Part shown: positions 49,539 to 64,000 of the stretch, in pieces
Layout: each line of letters opens with the position of its first letter
Numbering within the stretch: position 1 is the stretch's first letter
DNA from: Felis catus
Taxonomy: Eukaryota
Assembly (NCBI RefSeq): GCF_018350175.1
Contig: NC_058368.1
Location: forward strand, 167,836,001 to 167,900,000
Direction of reading: 5' to 3'
DNA: 64,000 nucleotides
Made by a program: the position numbers and the translations under genes
Notes under the pieces: model-generated
Seen by the model: the letters and a program-made list of their open reading frames with translations, nothing else
Databases searched by the model: none
Told to the model about the DNA's origin: nothing

Positions 49539-51459
49539 CTGGGAAAAGAAATTCTGGGACAGTTCCTCTCAACCATGACAAAGGAAATTCTAAATAATAA
49601 TTAATATGAGAAAATATGACTGCTCTGTGAGCACTGGTGTAGGAAACGTGGGTGTATCTTAAAGTCTGGTAAAGAGAAGCAGCGTGCAGAAACACATAAA
49701 GAGAAAATAGGGCTCCTATGGGGACTGTTGAAGCTCGAAGGAAAGCTTTTCACTAAGATTAAAGAGGTAGTGGGAGAAAAAAAGCCTTTGACTAGCTTTG
49801 CAGGAAAATACATATACAGTAGCAATCCATCACATCCTTAGTTGTGAAACATTTATTCTTTTAAACCTTTATTTACTTAAGAGAGTTTGGCTGTAGGATT
49901 TGTTCTAAGAGACAAAAAGCTACTTTGATTTTTTAAACAAGTCAGCAAAGATGACCTCCCAAAATGTGTGCTAGATATTCCTTTTGAAGAAGCTATATTG
50001 CATTTAAAAATAAAATTACATTTTAATTTTACGTACAGAAACTCAACAATTACTTCTTTTTCTTAAAGGATCTTATATGCTTGGGCTTAAGGAAGGCATA
50101 CACTTTGCATATTTCATTCACTGCTCAATAGCTTCAAATTTTTACTTTATGGGAAGGACAGTGTCTAAAGAGAAGGAGGTAGTGGTTTTAACTGGATTAA
50201 TACCTAACATATTATTACTATGTGAGCAAAAGGCATGTATCCCTAATCTTCCGAATAAAGTTATTTCATCTGTTATTTAGCTGTAGGCCTGCCTATGATT
50301 ATACAATCATCACTGTAAGTGCATGCAGCCGTTTGTAGAAGACGTGCTCTTAAAACAGAAGTTATGTATTTCCTAATTACCTCTCTGGAAGAAGAATTTC
50401 TTGCTAAAGCAGATTTCCTCCCCCCCCCCCAAATGCACACTGACACCAGAAAAAAAGAAAACAATCTCCTTGTGCAGGAGTGAATAATCTAAGGCTCTCC
50501 ATCTCGTGCACTGCCATTTTACCATTTACCTTTCTTTACATAGTTCAGTAGAGGGGAAATAACACAAGGCAATGAAAGGTGAAATCTCTCTCCACCTCAA
50601 AGGAACTTGCCATATTGGTGGTGAAAAGAAACTCACTGTCAATATTGAAAACTGTGAAGACTAAACAGACACAATAAGAAAAGTCTTCAGAAAAGAATTT
50701 ATTTTTAAATGGCTTGTCTTTTATTTCCTTTGAGGTAGGGTGGAGGATATGGAGTCAAGAGCTTTTGAAAGCCTAAATCTAATTATTCTGTGGTTTCCGA
50801 TTTTTCCTGATGCTTCTTTTCCTACTCTAGTCTCATTACTTAAAATGAGCTGCATTTGTTTGGCATTATTAAATCTGATAAATTAACCTAAATGCTATAA
50901 AATTACTTTTACTACTACTTAATGGAAAAACGTATTAAATTATTATGAAAACAACATTTTAACTATGATGGGTATGTAAGTGTATGCTAGTAAAAGTGAA
51001 AATATTTTAAATACGTATTTTTTTCTTATTTTTAGAGATTCTAAACACTGTACCAGATTTTCTTGGATTTTACTCTCAATCTAAAATGTTGATTTATTAA
51101 AAATATGGACATGGCATAAGAGGCAAAAATAGGAGTTGGAATCATACCTATGAAACACAATGGCTCCAAGAAACATTTGCTGATACAATTAGAGGACTAC
51201 ATAATGCTTACAGATCTCTGTGGGAGGAATCAAAGGGAGAAAGGCTCACTCCATCTCCTCCCCCATCAGTGTACGCAAAGGCAAAATGTTTTTGTTATGA
51301 CTTCCCCAAAGAGGATGCAGCATAGGGTGGAAAAGGAATGGGAGCTAGCAGCTGTGAAATTTTCTTTCCCCATTTCCTTACATTTCTACACCTATTTAGT
51401 CTGGATTTTATATATATCCTTTCTGAAAATAATACTCTTAAAAACTTCATGTACTTTCC

Positions 51460-52160
51460 ATCAGCAAAATCCATTTATTCTGCCTCTAAAATATACTTTG
51501 AATCTCTTCACTTTTGTCCATCTCTATGCTTACCATCATTTCTCCTTAGACCACAGCAAGAGTGGCCAAACTGGTCATTTTTCCACCACCACCCTCCATT
51601 AATTCTGTACACAGTAGCCAAAGAAAACTTTGTAAACAGTATTTCTGATAGCACTGCTTTGCATAATACTCTTCAATGGCTTCTCATTGCATTTAGAATA
51701 AAACCCAAGCACACTGCCACTGCCTATATAGGATAGTCCACCTACCTATCTGACTTCCTCTGTACATTGTCCCTATTATCTGGGTTGTGTTGGAATTCTG
51801 TCAGTTCCTTCAACTCACACCTTCTCTCCCTCTGCAGGGCCTCTGTGGCTATTGTTTCCTTAGTTTCTTTATCCTGCCCCTTTCTCATCTTGGGGTTTAG
51901 ATATTTCCTTCTAAGAGTAGTCTTCTCTGATAATTCTGTCAGGTTGGACCCCCACCCTGTTCTTTTGTGTAACAGAGTCCTGTAAATTTCCTTAAGAACA
52001 ATTTTGTTAATTGGTTTGTTCATGTTGTTATGGACCACTCTCCAACCAGTATACAAATGCCAAGTGTTGGGCAGGATTATGTGTGCTTATTCTAGGCTGC
52101 AGCCGAGTGGCTAGGAGAGCACCTGGCATTGCACTCAATAATCACTTGTTAAATGAATAA
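51460..52160 (+). mobile_element. L2 LINE fragment
   Basis: cagcaaaatcc...cttcaatggcttctcattgcatttagaataaaaccc...actcaataatcacttgttaaatgaat. Confidence 0.75.
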
Positions 52161-53085
52161 ACACAAGAGAAAAAACTGAGGTGAAGAGGAGATCCAGCAG
52201 CATCCTAGTGTTGTTTTATATTTCACTTCACTGTGTTACCTGTTTATATGAAACTGTGACCTACAGTTCAAACTGTTACTGCAAGCTTATCTATAAAAGG
52301 TGAATGATTTTAGAAATTCACACCTTACTAATAAATACTGGAAAGTTATATCCTTTTTTTTAAAAAAAGCTTTATTTACACTAGTTTGTCAATAATTCCT
52401 ACCTTGACATTTCCTATTGATTGTTAAGCATCTTTTGGAATTTAGCGCTATCACTTTTTCATGCTGAGTAAAAAGTAAATAAGGGCATTTCTCCTTGGGG
52501 CTATATATACAGCCCATGTGGCTAGCCTTTGTGAACCGCCACTTGTGGTTGAGCTGAGCAGTTAGTTGAACTGAACCAAACAGTAAAACTAAGTGATGGA
52601 TACTTCTGAGACTCCCAGTTGCACATCTAAGCAGACCAGGCAGTAGGGTTAGCCTCAAGTAGAGCCACTTGATCCTGCTTTTGCTATGAAATATGTAAGA
52701 AGCCAAGACCTCTTTAATATTTTTGAGCTATTCAAGTTAAAGAGAATTTTTTTAGTTGAGTAATTTAAACAGGTATCTTTCTATTTTATTCTTACTCCTT
52801 CCAAACATGACTTCATTATGACACTTCTAGTTTAAAATAGACAGAATCTCTAGACCAATATGTTTAGTTAATTTCTGTGAAAATATAAAGGCATCTGAGG
52901 CATGGAATTCTAGATAAATATTTACCCATGTGCTCACTCCATGTGATAGGTCATATGTTTACATTTTACATTCATTATAAACATAAATTTAAATCAAGCA
53001 TTTATCAATGCCAATATCACTAGAGTAATTATCACTTAGTGTTACACTAATTTCTTTCTGTGTCTATCTATATTCTTGATATACA

Positions 53086-53272
53086 GGTGCCTCTCAAATT
53101 AATGAGCCTCACAATCACTGAATAACTTGTTTAAAAGTGCATCTTCCTGGGTCCTACCTACAGATTATGAATCAGTAAGTCTGGGGTGGGGTCCAGGGAT
53201 CTGCATTTTTAACCAATTTGGCAGGTGATGTGGATGCTGATGGAAAGAGGCACACATGCTCAAAGCCACCGG
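53086..53272. mobile_element. MER5A-like hAT DNA transposon
   Basis: gaatcagtaagtctggggtggggtccagggatctgcatttttaac. Confidence 0.75.
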
Positions 53273-53785
53273 TCTAGTCTTTCCTCCTTTGCAGAAGGAT
53301 TTTTATCTAGCACTTTTTAATGTCTCCTTCAGCACTTTGCACATTACCTGGCATCTCATGGGCATCAATAAATTTTCACTGAATGAACTAACTGTTCATG
53401 AGAATAGAAAGTTTATTATATGATTTTATGAAACAACTAATGGAATATTTTCATTGGTATAATATATCTTTTGAATAGTAATATTGGCAAATACTAGTTT
53501 TGGGGGGGGGAAAGAGCTACATTTAAGGAATACATTTATGTTTAAAACTTTCTAAGAATACAACGAAACTGGATATTTTAATGACCTGCATGTGGCTAGC
53601 AGCAGGTGGAATTACTGCGAAGAATAGGAAAGCACTTTCTCCTACTTGATCTATTTTATGCAATTCCATTAAGCGGCTTGAAATAAAGTGCTGACTGTTG
53701 TCTACTGAACTCTCAACCCCAAATATATTTAATAAAACAAATTTGATTTGTTTTAAAAGCATTATCGTATCTCAAGTCATTGAAC

Positions 53786-53986
53786 TAAGACAGTCTTTTT
53801 TCTCCTTTAGCATATGGCGAAAAGATTTTTAAGAATCAAAGACAATCCTAAAATATTCGAATTGAACATGATTTATTTCAAAATAAGACAGTCTTTTTTC
53901 TTCTTTAGCATATGGTGAAAAGATTTTTAAGAATCAAAGACAATCTCAAAATATTCAAATTGAACATGATTTATTTCAAAATAAGA
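53786..53986 (+). repeat. 98-bp tandem duplication
   Basis: Units 53786-53883 and 53884-53981, about five mismatches, taaga at all three junctions. Confidence 0.95.
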
Positions 53987-54619
53987 GATATCTGTTAAGT
54001 TTAAAGAGAAACTGGAAAGAACAGCAAAGGGGGGGGGAACCCCAAAACTCTCTCTAAAACAGTGTTTAGAATCCAAATTACTCTAAGCCTGAAAAATCTA
54101 TCACCACCAATAGTAAGGAGCCTGCTAAGAAGTACACAGGATGTCTAGTTCAATGTTGATTGTGGATATAAATAGGAATTCTAGAAATTGGGTATAAGGT
54201 TATGGTTATTATGAGAGCAAAAATGGAGACAGAGATGGTTTGAAAGGGGTAAATGAATAGTATCAGAAGACAGGAGGAGACAGATGTAAGGAAAGGACAG
54301 GATTTTGAATCAGAAGATACAAGTCTGAGATCCAGATAGATGACCTTAGCTGGATCACTTTAAAAGAAGTCTCAGTTTTCTTACTTAAGGTATGAAATAG
54401 TATGGAATTTACAGGCTTATTCTGAAGACACATATATACTGTTCTGCAGATTTCAAAGAGAAAAATTCTAGTGAATCATTCTTTGATTGTCACCCAATAC
54501 ATTAAATGAGAATTTTACATAAATTAAATGAATTATTTTCTTAATTTCAAAATAGTCAATATGACAGAATAAGCAGATGATCACATAACAGATAAGCAGA
54601 TCACATGATATGGTAATAT

Positions 54620-54880
54620 TTATTTTATTTTATTTTTTTATTTTATTTTATTTATTTATTTTTTTAATTTTTTTTTTCAACGTTTATTTATTTTTGGGAC
54701 AGAGAGAGACAGAGCATGAACCGGGGAGGGGCAGAGAGAGAGGGAGACACAGAATCGGAAACAGGCTCCAGGCTCTGAGCCATCAGCCCAGAGCCTGACG
54801 CGGGGCTCGAACTCCCAGACCGCGAAATCGTGACCTGGCTGAAGTCGGACGCTTAACTGACTGCACCACCCAGGCGCCCC
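54620..54880 (-). mobile_element. Young felid SINE with extended (TTTTA)n tail
   Basis: TSD gatatggtaatatt. Confidence 0.95.
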
Positions 54881-55877
54881 GATATGGTAATATTAAAAAA
54901 AAAATTTTAAATTATTATCCCTACGTCAAAATTATTGAAAATTTAGTCAAGCCTGAAAACTTTTTTTGAAGCAGGATAAACTTCACCAAAGGTGTTTTTT
55001 CTTTTTGAAGCTAGGTACATGCTCCCAATGTTAAAGATGGGGTGGGTTTTTTTGTTTGTTTTTACTTTCTTTCCTATTTTGTTTTCTTAATTTCATTTTC
55101 TTCTCATTCTTTCACTGTGTGCTCTTTATTTGCAGAGTGACTCTGGTTACCAGTTCTGAAACATGTCCCTTACTGGGGAGAGGTGGGTGGAGAGGCAGAT
55201 TTCTAGCTGTCACCATGAGTGCATTTCAGATTGGGCCCTGACGGCAGGAGTCTAGGAGCTTGATTCTCTTACTATGTACTGTATTTCCTATAAAAGCACA
55301 GGAATGCATTTTGAACTACTGCCCTACTTACACACATTTTATCACATTTATGTACTTGCAGAAGTACATAAAGTCATGTTAAAAAGGTAGGTGCCAAATG
55401 TCACCCTAAAGCACAGTGCTCTCACGACTGGAAGTAAAATGGGTTCCAAAAATGTGGACTTCAAGTCAGGTAGCCTATGAAATGAATTGTTCTAAGGAGT
55501 TATTGTCATCTGTCTACAGTAAAGAATGGTCAGTAGAATAGTAAGATGATGTGTTTTGTTTTACTGTACTTTTTACACACAATATGCCATTTAAATAAAA
55601 AGTGGTATTTTTATATATTACTTAAATGTGTATTTCCTCACAGAAGATGCAAAGAATGCCTAGATTAGACTCTCTGGTTGTTATGTGTGAATAGCTGCCT
55701 TCAAAAATCAAGGACTCTGAGGAATTGATTTGAAAGTAATTGCTGTCCTTTTTACGTTAGCAGGAGACTATAGAAAAGGTATATAAATATTACTGACTTG
55801 CCTTAGCTTCTCTGAAAAACCATACTAAAGCAAACAAAACAATGCTCTTGATTCTCAAAACAACTTTAAAATAAAAG

Positions 55878-55878
<1 letters not shown>

Positions 55879-55910
<32 letters not shown>
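55879..55910. repeat. (CA)n microsatellite
   Basis: Directly visible. Confidence 0.95.
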
Positions 55911-55912
<2 letters not shown>

Positions 55913-58900
55913 CAGACTCCTCTCAAAAGTGTTGTCAGCGTTAACAGAATACTTTTCACAGTGATTGTTAGGAGTCTTCAAGAAAGAAGGTAAATGAGCT
56001 TTCAGGGTTTACCTTAAAAATATTTTATACTCTAGTGTTTTAGAAGTAATGATGAGACAAAAGCTTTATAAAGTAGAATTACATCATTTTTTTTCTTAGA
56101 CACTTTTACAAAAGGTAAGCATGTTAGCTGGCATGAAAGGCCACTTTCCTTCTACTAACCCAAAAAGGAATGTTAGGTAACACATATGAATAGAAATGCC
56201 ACCACTAGTTTGCCCAACAGGTTCACAAGATCTCACTCTACAAATAAGTCAGAGCAGGGGAAGAAGCAAAGGAGGGGAAGCTAAGATTCTATCACCATAG
56301 CAACCTGAGAGGGTGGGGAAAGGCAGGGAAGCACATGCTACCTGCTAATCAATTAGGAGAATTGTTGGCAAGCTCAAGAAATCCTGGAGAATCTGAGCAG
56401 TGCGGTAGAGACTGCTATAGATAAGAGTCAAGTAACACAGGAACTTAATTGGGAATTCTCTTTTCAACTTATAACATGCTACCATATTGTTAACACTCAG
56501 ATATTAATAATACTATATTTCATACCAGCCACTTTACTATACGCCATCTGTTCCCAAGAAATCTTATTTCTTTATGTTATTACTAGAAGTATGATAGCCA
56601 TAAAAAAGTTGTGCTGATAATTTCCTTTTAGTTTGCATTAAATTGCACTATTAGATGAGTTTGAAAATGAACTTGATTTTTCAAATGCAGTTTCTCACCA
56701 AGGCATCCTGTAGCTTTGACGTTTACATCACTGTCTATTTTATATTCTCAAATCTGCACAAATTCTTAATAGCTTAAGAAGTCAAAGTATAAATTCCTTC
56801 CTAAGATTTATTTGTTTCGTGTGGCAAGATTATTCAACTTACTGTTGAGTGGGGTCAAAAAAGCTTGTAAGTCACTTAATTTACTATTTATTTTTTCTAA
56901 AATTATTCCCAATGGCTGAGAATCCTCTTAAGTTTGCTACTTTTCTTTTGCCTTCTGGCTAAGTATTCCTCCTCCCCTTCCTTGTGTCATCTTCTACTTT
57001 GGCAGATCTAACAAGTATTCTTTTGTCCTACTTTTCTTGAATTCAAAACTGTTGATGACTCTACATTAGAAAGATGACTGATGTGTTACACAAAGGCCCC
57101 TATGTAGGTGAAGTCTGGAGATGTGCTAAGCAGCCCATTATTTTCACAGTACAGTGATCTGCTTGTGGAATTTTCAGAAAACATTTCCAAGGGACAAGAC
57201 ATCAGAGCCTCCACTCCTGTTTTATATTGACTTTTGACCTAACATTGGACCAGTAAATCCCACGTGTAAATATGAGGCTGGGTGGCAAGACTACTTTCCT
57301 AAATATTTACATTGGTAAACCCTGCAGGTTATAAATTACAACAGAAACAAGATGATCAGCTTTATCCACCATGAACTTGTCTTCAGCACTTACTTTTTTA
57401 TATTATATTAAGCAGGTTGGCAAGAGTTTAACTAGCAGTTAAAGAAACTCAAAGAGGAAAAGAATTAAACAATTCATCACTGAAAATAACCATGGATAAG
57501 AAAATGGCTGAGAATAAAACCACAATGGCCAATGTCAGCATAGGAAAGTGTTTCCTGAATTAAAAAAAAAAGTCAAGATAAAACTTGAGTAACAAATCTT
57601 ATTATTAAGCAAAAATTCTATATTCTCATTTGTAAACACAAAAGGGTATGAATTAACTTAGTGATAAAAACATATTATAGGATGCATGTGAAACATCCAA
57701 TAATCATCTGAACATAAATAGGCTGAGATGCTCAGTCACCAACTGGTGAAGCAGGGATGCAAATCAGCCCGTCTTATTCAATCTATTGTGTGCAGTGATT
57801 CTCTGAGAGTAGAATAAAGGGCTCAAAAGCCTGTGTTAGACTGATTTTTGTCTTCTGGGAAACACCACTTAACAGCTCGGTATATCATTAAAAGCCCGTG
57901 AGATAGTCATTCAAGGGCTGCTGCTGTAGGCTGACATGGGAGCTTTCAAAATGCGTACAGAGAAAGACAGCTCATGGTTATAGGTCTTTCTGCAGAATAA
58001 GTCCAGTGGCCAAAACACTGAAAAGCTTACTGAACTCCAATATCATTTCTTGTCTGTCCCTCCAAATCATGAGATGGACTTTTGTCATCACACAAAAATA
58101 ATGTAAGCTTCTTGAAGGTAGAAACTGTGCCTGTATTTCTTTCTATCCTGTGGCACCTTGTATGTTTCTAGGTGAATGGAAGATGTGCAATACATAGATG
58201 CTGAATTGAATTCCACCATAAGATCACGTACTTGTCCCCATCAGCAGAACCCCACATACCGCTCACTGCCAATATTGAGATTACAGGGGTCACCGGCAGC
58301 ACTCTGCCTAATGGTGTGCTGACTGACAGAGTAGAAAATCAAATCAAGAAGGCCAGCATGACCTTTGTGTCAGGCAGACAGGGAGCGCACTCACTGTAGC
58401 AACAGGGTCAAGATCAAAGTGACGAATGTCCAACCTTCTACTACGTGGCTAGAGACCTGAACTGACCACATCGGATTATCTGCGCAATTTCATCAGCATC
58501 ACCTATGAGTAATACTTAAGCTCCTAGTAAGCAATGAGAGAGAAGCACAAATATCACATTCCCAGACTGCAACAAATTTACCAGCTTGAAGAAGTGCACT
58601 TGACAACAGGCTTCTTGTGGATTATGCAAGCCTGCCGATTAGACATGAAAACAACTGCTTTATGGTGACCTGAAATGGGATTAACGTAAGCTGGACGAGT
58701 GTTAGAAATTCTTTAAAGAACCCAGTGAAGTACCATTCAAAATGATACAGCCTCACTGTTAAAAAAAAAAAAAAAAAATCCTGGGAAAACAGGGAAGATG
58801 AGATGAATCTGGTTACCAGTAATCAAGAAATGGGACAGCTCACACTGAGAAAAACTGTGGGAAAACATGGTCCTAGCCATCAAAGTCACTAGTTTCTGTG

Positions 58901-60249
58901 AATCTAGGGTGACAAGGGTTATTAGTCACTTCTCTGTCTTTTAGCCACATCAATTGTCACGAATGGTAGTCAGAAGCAGTAGCATTATCTTTAAACACTA
59001 AGGATATAAATAAATACACTGTATGTAAACATACGTCCAAACAATTTCAGCTATTGAAAAGCTCCTTTAATTCTAAGAGAGATAGTCATGTCAGTAGGTA
59101 ACTAAGGCACTGCAATTTACATCTGCTTAGTGGTGATATATTAGTCTAATTTCCAGAGGGCTTCCAACTTGATTTTCTCCATATGTTACCCATATGTTAT
59201 ATTACCATAAACATGTCTTCTGGAAAACAGCCATATGCTTCACTTTTATACCTGAATAATAGTGGCCCTTTTTTATCCTTTGGTTGTTATCTCTTCTGTG
59301 GATTCTGAAATATTTACAGGAATTAAATTTGAAAAGAATTGTTTTAAAATCAGTTCAAAGTAATCCCTATTATTCACAATACTGCTTTTCTAGGACCTAG
59401 GAACTTCTTTCTATAATAATAAAATCCCCACGCTTGAGTATCAAGGTAGTATTATTGTTTAAATTTGGGTCAAAGAAACCTTAGCATGAATTTCAATATA
59501 TCATCCCAACCAATATTCCTAAGTATACTCTAAAAGTAGAGGATTTTCTCCTACTGACGAATGAGTCATGGATAATTATCATCAATCATCTGCATCAATC
59601 TCATGAGATTAACAACAGTTTATAGTTACTGAGTACAGATGACAGACCAAGTATTGTGCTATGGAACATAATACGTCATTTTTATTTTACCTACAAGTAA
59701 AATGTAGTAAAAAATGTAGTAATGATGTTTATAACTACATTATTTAAGGTTGAACTCACTGTAATTTTCAGTCATCACAATGGTGATTTTGCATATATAT
59801 CAGACCCTGATAATCCTCATGCTTCTAGGGCATGCAACATGAGAAAGAGTAAATAAATGATCTGATTCTTTGATTACTCTCTGTCTTTGTTCCCCATCCT
59901 CTTCTTCTTCTAACCTTCTAACTACTAGAATCTCCAGTCTCAGACCAGGGATCAGGAAGGGCTGTGATGATCTGATTTCAATAAATGCCTCTGGGCAGAT
60001 GACTGTAGCCATAAAGTATCAGTGTGTATACAATTTTTTATTTCTGACTTAGAGTCAGAAATTCATAGTCAGTGTCTACCCTTGGTAGATTCTCATTATT
60101 TCATGTCAGTTTGGGGGAGAGGGGTTACCCTGTTTCCAGTATTTCCTAAATAATTCTGTTCATATGTAATCTCAGTTGTTTCACTCTCTTGCTATAGCAT
60201 ATCCTTTACAAATCCAGGATCCTCTGTTTGTCTTTCAAAGTATCCTATC

Positions 60250-60312
60250 AAGGGCCTGGCTCAGTTGGTAGAGCATGCGACTCTTGACCTCAGGGTCCTG
60301 AGTTCAAGCCCT
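60250..60312 (+). mobile_element. Truncated tRNA-Lys-derived SINE head
   Basis: tggctcagttggtagagcatgcgactcttgacctcagggtcctgagttcaagccc with A and B boxes but no acceptor stem. Confidence 0.75.
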
Positions 60313-60539
60313 AAAAACTCACAAAGTATTCTAACAGTCGATTCCATGGAGCTCTGTCTACTCTTTTCTCCAAGCCAGCCAATAAGACCTTGAAAGAAAG
60401 GGCAAGAGGGTTCAACCAACCTACACCAGATGAATCCAAACTTCACAGACCACGTTTCACCTGTTTCCTGCTCTATCACTATCCCACATAGTACTTACAG
60501 TTACATCCATATGGAAATCAATGAGGAGGCAGTAAGAAT

Positions 60540-60772
60540 AATACCAGTGAATATTTAATGCTTACCATGCACTAGGTACTATACTAGCCACTTTATAAAT
60601 AGTATCCCATTTAATTCTCACAAGCTTAAGTAGTAAATAATATTATTCCCACTTAATGAATAATGAAATTGAGGCTCAGAAATATTAAATAACTTGCACA
60701 AGGTTACAAAGCTAGTATGTGGCAGGGTTATCACTTGAACCCAGGCTGTCTGACTCTGGAACCCATGCTATT
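60540..60772 (-). mobile_element. MIR
   Basis: gaaattgaggctcagaaatattaaataacttgcacaaggttacaaagctagta...ttgaacccaggctgtctgactc. Confidence 0.85.
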
Positions 60773-61425
60773 GCTCCCCATGAGTTTTAGAATAAATTTC
60801 ATTTATTCATAGGTTGAGTACTCATTATGTTCTAGGCCCTGTATAATAGTACAAAGAATAGTAAAACATGGACCCAATCCTCAGTAACCTCAGTGTTTTA
60901 GAGGAGGGGAGCATATAGATAAATAGTGATACATCAGACAACTGAGTGCCTGCAAGGTGATAAGGATACACAGTGCAGAGGGAAGAAAACCTCACCCAAG
61001 AGAACCAGAAAAGGCTTGCTAAGTAAGGGTGCTGATGCCTAAGAGGCATCTTAAGAAATGGGAAAACTTTGTTGGGCAATGATAGGGTCTCTTCTCCAAA
61101 ATATTTTTAACACATGGAGATGGAGGTAGGACCGCCTATTTGAGAAAACGGAGTATAACTGTGGTAATCATTTCACAATATATGTAAGTTAAATCATTAT
61201 GCTGTACACCATATACTTATATAGTGTTGTATGTCAATTACACCTAAATAGAACCGGAAAAAAGTGGTGTAGTTAGAGGGTGTATACAGCAGACTAGCAT
61301 GAGCTTACTGGACAAGTAGCGAAGCCATTCTATGAAGGATCTTAAATACTAAGGAGTTAGGCTGTTTTCTGTTCACAAAAGTTATAAAGTGTAGAGGCGC
61401 GCAGTAGGATTTCCATTTTAAAAGG

Positions 61426-61601
61426 CAGTGGTTCACAAACCTGGCTGCATATTAGAATCATCAGGGGATCTTTCAAAGAACTACTGGAGCCCGACTTCAC
61501 TCCCAAAGAATCGAATTCTAAGGATATGGGGCAGGACCTGGGCATCAGTATTTTAAAAAGCTCCCTAGGTGATTCAAATATGCAGGCTAGGCTGAGAATC
61601 A
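61426..61601. mobile_element. MER5A-like hAT DNA transposon
   Basis: cagtggttcacaaacctggctgcatattagaatcat...ggtgattcaaatatgcaggctaggctgagaatca. Confidence 0.85.
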
Positions 61602-63178
61602 TGTTTCTTGGCTTCCAGTGTCTAATTTATAAAAAAATTGACTTTCATTAAATATTCGCCACACCAGCAGCAAAACATAACCACCAATCCAGAAGATTCC
61701 ACCTAAGATACAAATCTAAACAATGTCTCACAAAATTGTTGCTAAATAAAGTGAAAATTAAAAACAAAACACTTCTGCTTGTGATTGCATGCTGAAGGTA
61801 AGGGTCCGCTGGCAAGATGTGGGCCAGAATGTGTTAAGTTATAGCACTAGATGAGGAAACGGTGTGGAAAAGCCATGACATTTAAGGGGTACAAAGAAAA
61901 TCAAATGCTCATCTTAAAAACCTTTTCCTCAAATCTCCTACCAACGTATCTTGGGTAAAAATAGGTAAAAATCCTTTTTATCTTTACATTATTCTATGGA
62001 ATCATGGCTAAGCTCTGCCATGGCAATTGCAGAACACTCTCAACTGAGTTATGTAATGGAAGTACCTGCAGCAGTGAAAGTTATTCTAGTTCTTGGGTAG
62101 AATGATAGATGCTCCAGAGTTTCCTCCAATGTGAAGCCACCAGGGACCTAGTTGCAAGCATGCGTTTTTATAGATACCTCAGCTAATGTAAAAGTCCTAA
62201 TGCAAACTTTAGTGCTTGGGAACATTAAGTAGGTTTGGGATGCTTCCCCAGAGAGTTTTAGTTCCATTAACACAAGACTTGGTGGCTGAGCATGGATGTA
62301 ATCCTGATCCCATGTTAGAGATAGAGAAAGAGAAATTCTTCACTGTCTTCAACTTAGCACTCACATTTCAAAAGATAAGAAGAACCTTTCAGTGTCAACA
62401 GAACTAAAGATTCAAGTGGAACCTAATTTAGCATCTTGCACACACCCTTTCCCCCAAAAGAGCTCAAGTGGCAGAATATAGCTCAACTATTTCAACTGTA
62501 AGAAGAGAAGAAGAGAGATTTTTTAGGCCTTATTCAGAGACTGTCATGACTGAAAGTTCTGTTGTTGAACTACTGTCCCTTAGTGGTTCTGACAGCCGGC
62601 TCTCAAGTGGCAAAAGGATGCATCTCCTTGTGAAAATGTCTGTTGCCAACTTAGAGATGCCATGATGGTCACTGCCCATAGAAGTCCACTGTACACAGAT
62701 GTTCCCATGTGGAATTTTCTACCTCTTGGCATAAGGCTAAAGTAGCAATACCAGCAAATATGCTGAGCTTGCATAATTGTCCACAGGGTGTCTAACATTC
62801 CCTCACTAGGCCTTTCCCTACCACCATGGTCCATCAAATCATATAAAGCAGGCTCTAAAAAAACAAAAACAAAAGCCCAAACCACGACTGTTCTCCTGGA
62901 GAGTTCAAAAAAGAGGTGACGGGATCTCCACGGACATTTAAGGCTTCCCAGAGATAGATCCCACCATTATTTTCACCTCAATACCAGCCCCTCTCCATTC
63001 CAGACCACCACCAGTTCTGCCAAGTATTTCTGCAACATTTACTCAGTCATCCCTTTTTCTCCATCCAGTCTTTTTTTTCCGTTTCCTTTCTTCCCCCGCC
63101 CCCCCCCCCAATCCAGCCCAATCATTCTAGGTGAACTTCCCATCTCTGCTACATCCTCTCTTCAATCTGTCTCCTATT

Positions 63179-63378
63179 CAGTGGTCAGGAAACTATGACC
63201 AAGGGCTGGCTCCTGCCTTCTGCCTGTTGCTGTATATGAAGTTTAATCAGAACACAGCCACACTCATTCATTTATGTATTCTCTATGGCTGCTTTCATGC
63301 TACAGTGGAGACAGAGACCACGTGGCTCACAAAACCTAAATTATTTACAATCTGGCCCTTTATAGAAAAAGTTCACTA
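63179..63378. mobile_element. MER58A-like hAT DNA transposon
   Basis: gaacacagccacactcattcatttatgtattctctatggctgcttt...tctggccctttatagaaaaagtt. Confidence 0.85.
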
Positions 63379-64000
63379 TTGCCAGGATGAGTTTGATTAA
63401 AAGTATAAATCTGATCACACTGCTTCCATGCTTAAAAGATTTTTGTGGCTACATTTGGTAGTGAGGGACCAAACTGTAGTTGCCAAATACAGTATTTCTG
63501 GCCCACTAAATAAACTCCTGATCTTGAAGGTGACTTGCACATACGCATCTTCTTTATTTCCTAACACTTAACATATTGTTCTATTCGCATTCATCTCTTG
63601 GTATTTCATTCATGCATCTATCTACAGATACGGTTGCCTAGCTAAGTTATAAGAAATTGGCTTAAACTTAACAGGATTAAACTTTCAAATGAACATAATG
63701 AAGATTTTACGCTGCTATTTATATTGAGGCTACTGTTATTTCAAAATAGTTTGAGAATTTCTCCTAGATGCCTGCCTTCAGAATCCCTTTATATTCATAC
63801 AAGGAAAAGAATTTTAGGAGTTTGCAGTCATATCTCATTTTAAGTTAAATAAAAAGTCACTATCCAGCTTCATCACCAAGTTTATTCTAAATGAAATCTG
63901 ACCTTAAAGGGAAAAATGTCTGCCAATGATGGTAGGTAATAAATAGTTTACAGCAGGCTTTAAATGCAATTTTAAAAAGGGACACTCTCAGGGCACCTGG

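Noticed and set aside
51150..52056. ORFs of 104-150 aa
   Set aside because: Largely overlap an L2 fragment; no splice structure or recognisable domain.
60250..60312. tRNA-Lys gene
   Set aside because: No pairing acceptor stem; matches the tRNA-derived SINE head also seen at 6612.
1..64000. CRISPR array, rRNA or prokaryote-type system
   Set aside because: Mammalian repeat landscape; no regularly spaced direct repeats or operon-like ORFs.

Overview
AT-rich mammalian genomic DNA from a felid (cat-type carnivore SINEs throughout). I find no intact protein-coding gene, RNA gene or CRISPR array. Most ORFs in the supplied track come from SINE, L1, L2 or microsatellite sequence. The window holds about 25 carnivore SINEs (several with clean target-site duplications, two nested), old L1M/L2/MIR fragments, MER5/MER58/MADE2 DNA elements and MaLR/ERVL LTRs. 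The main observation is a decayed multi-exon gene on the + strand between about 13.1 and 33.6 kb. Several blocks have textbook splice signals, compatible phases and nearly open frames with isolated stops. Read by eye, the translations line up in order with the large lipid transfer protein (LLTP) family (vitellogenin / APOB / MTP): N-sheet, helical domain, C/A-sheets, then a lipovitellin light chain-like and a VWD-like tail, with no phosvitin run. The exon layout does not match canonical vertebrate vitellogenin, APOB or MTTP as I recall them. All homology calls are manual comparisons to remembered sequences at roughly 20-30% identity, chance matches of this kind occur, and a profile search is needed. 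Candidate antisense non-coding exons and enhancer-like motif clusters occur too, mostly in the repeat-poor right half.
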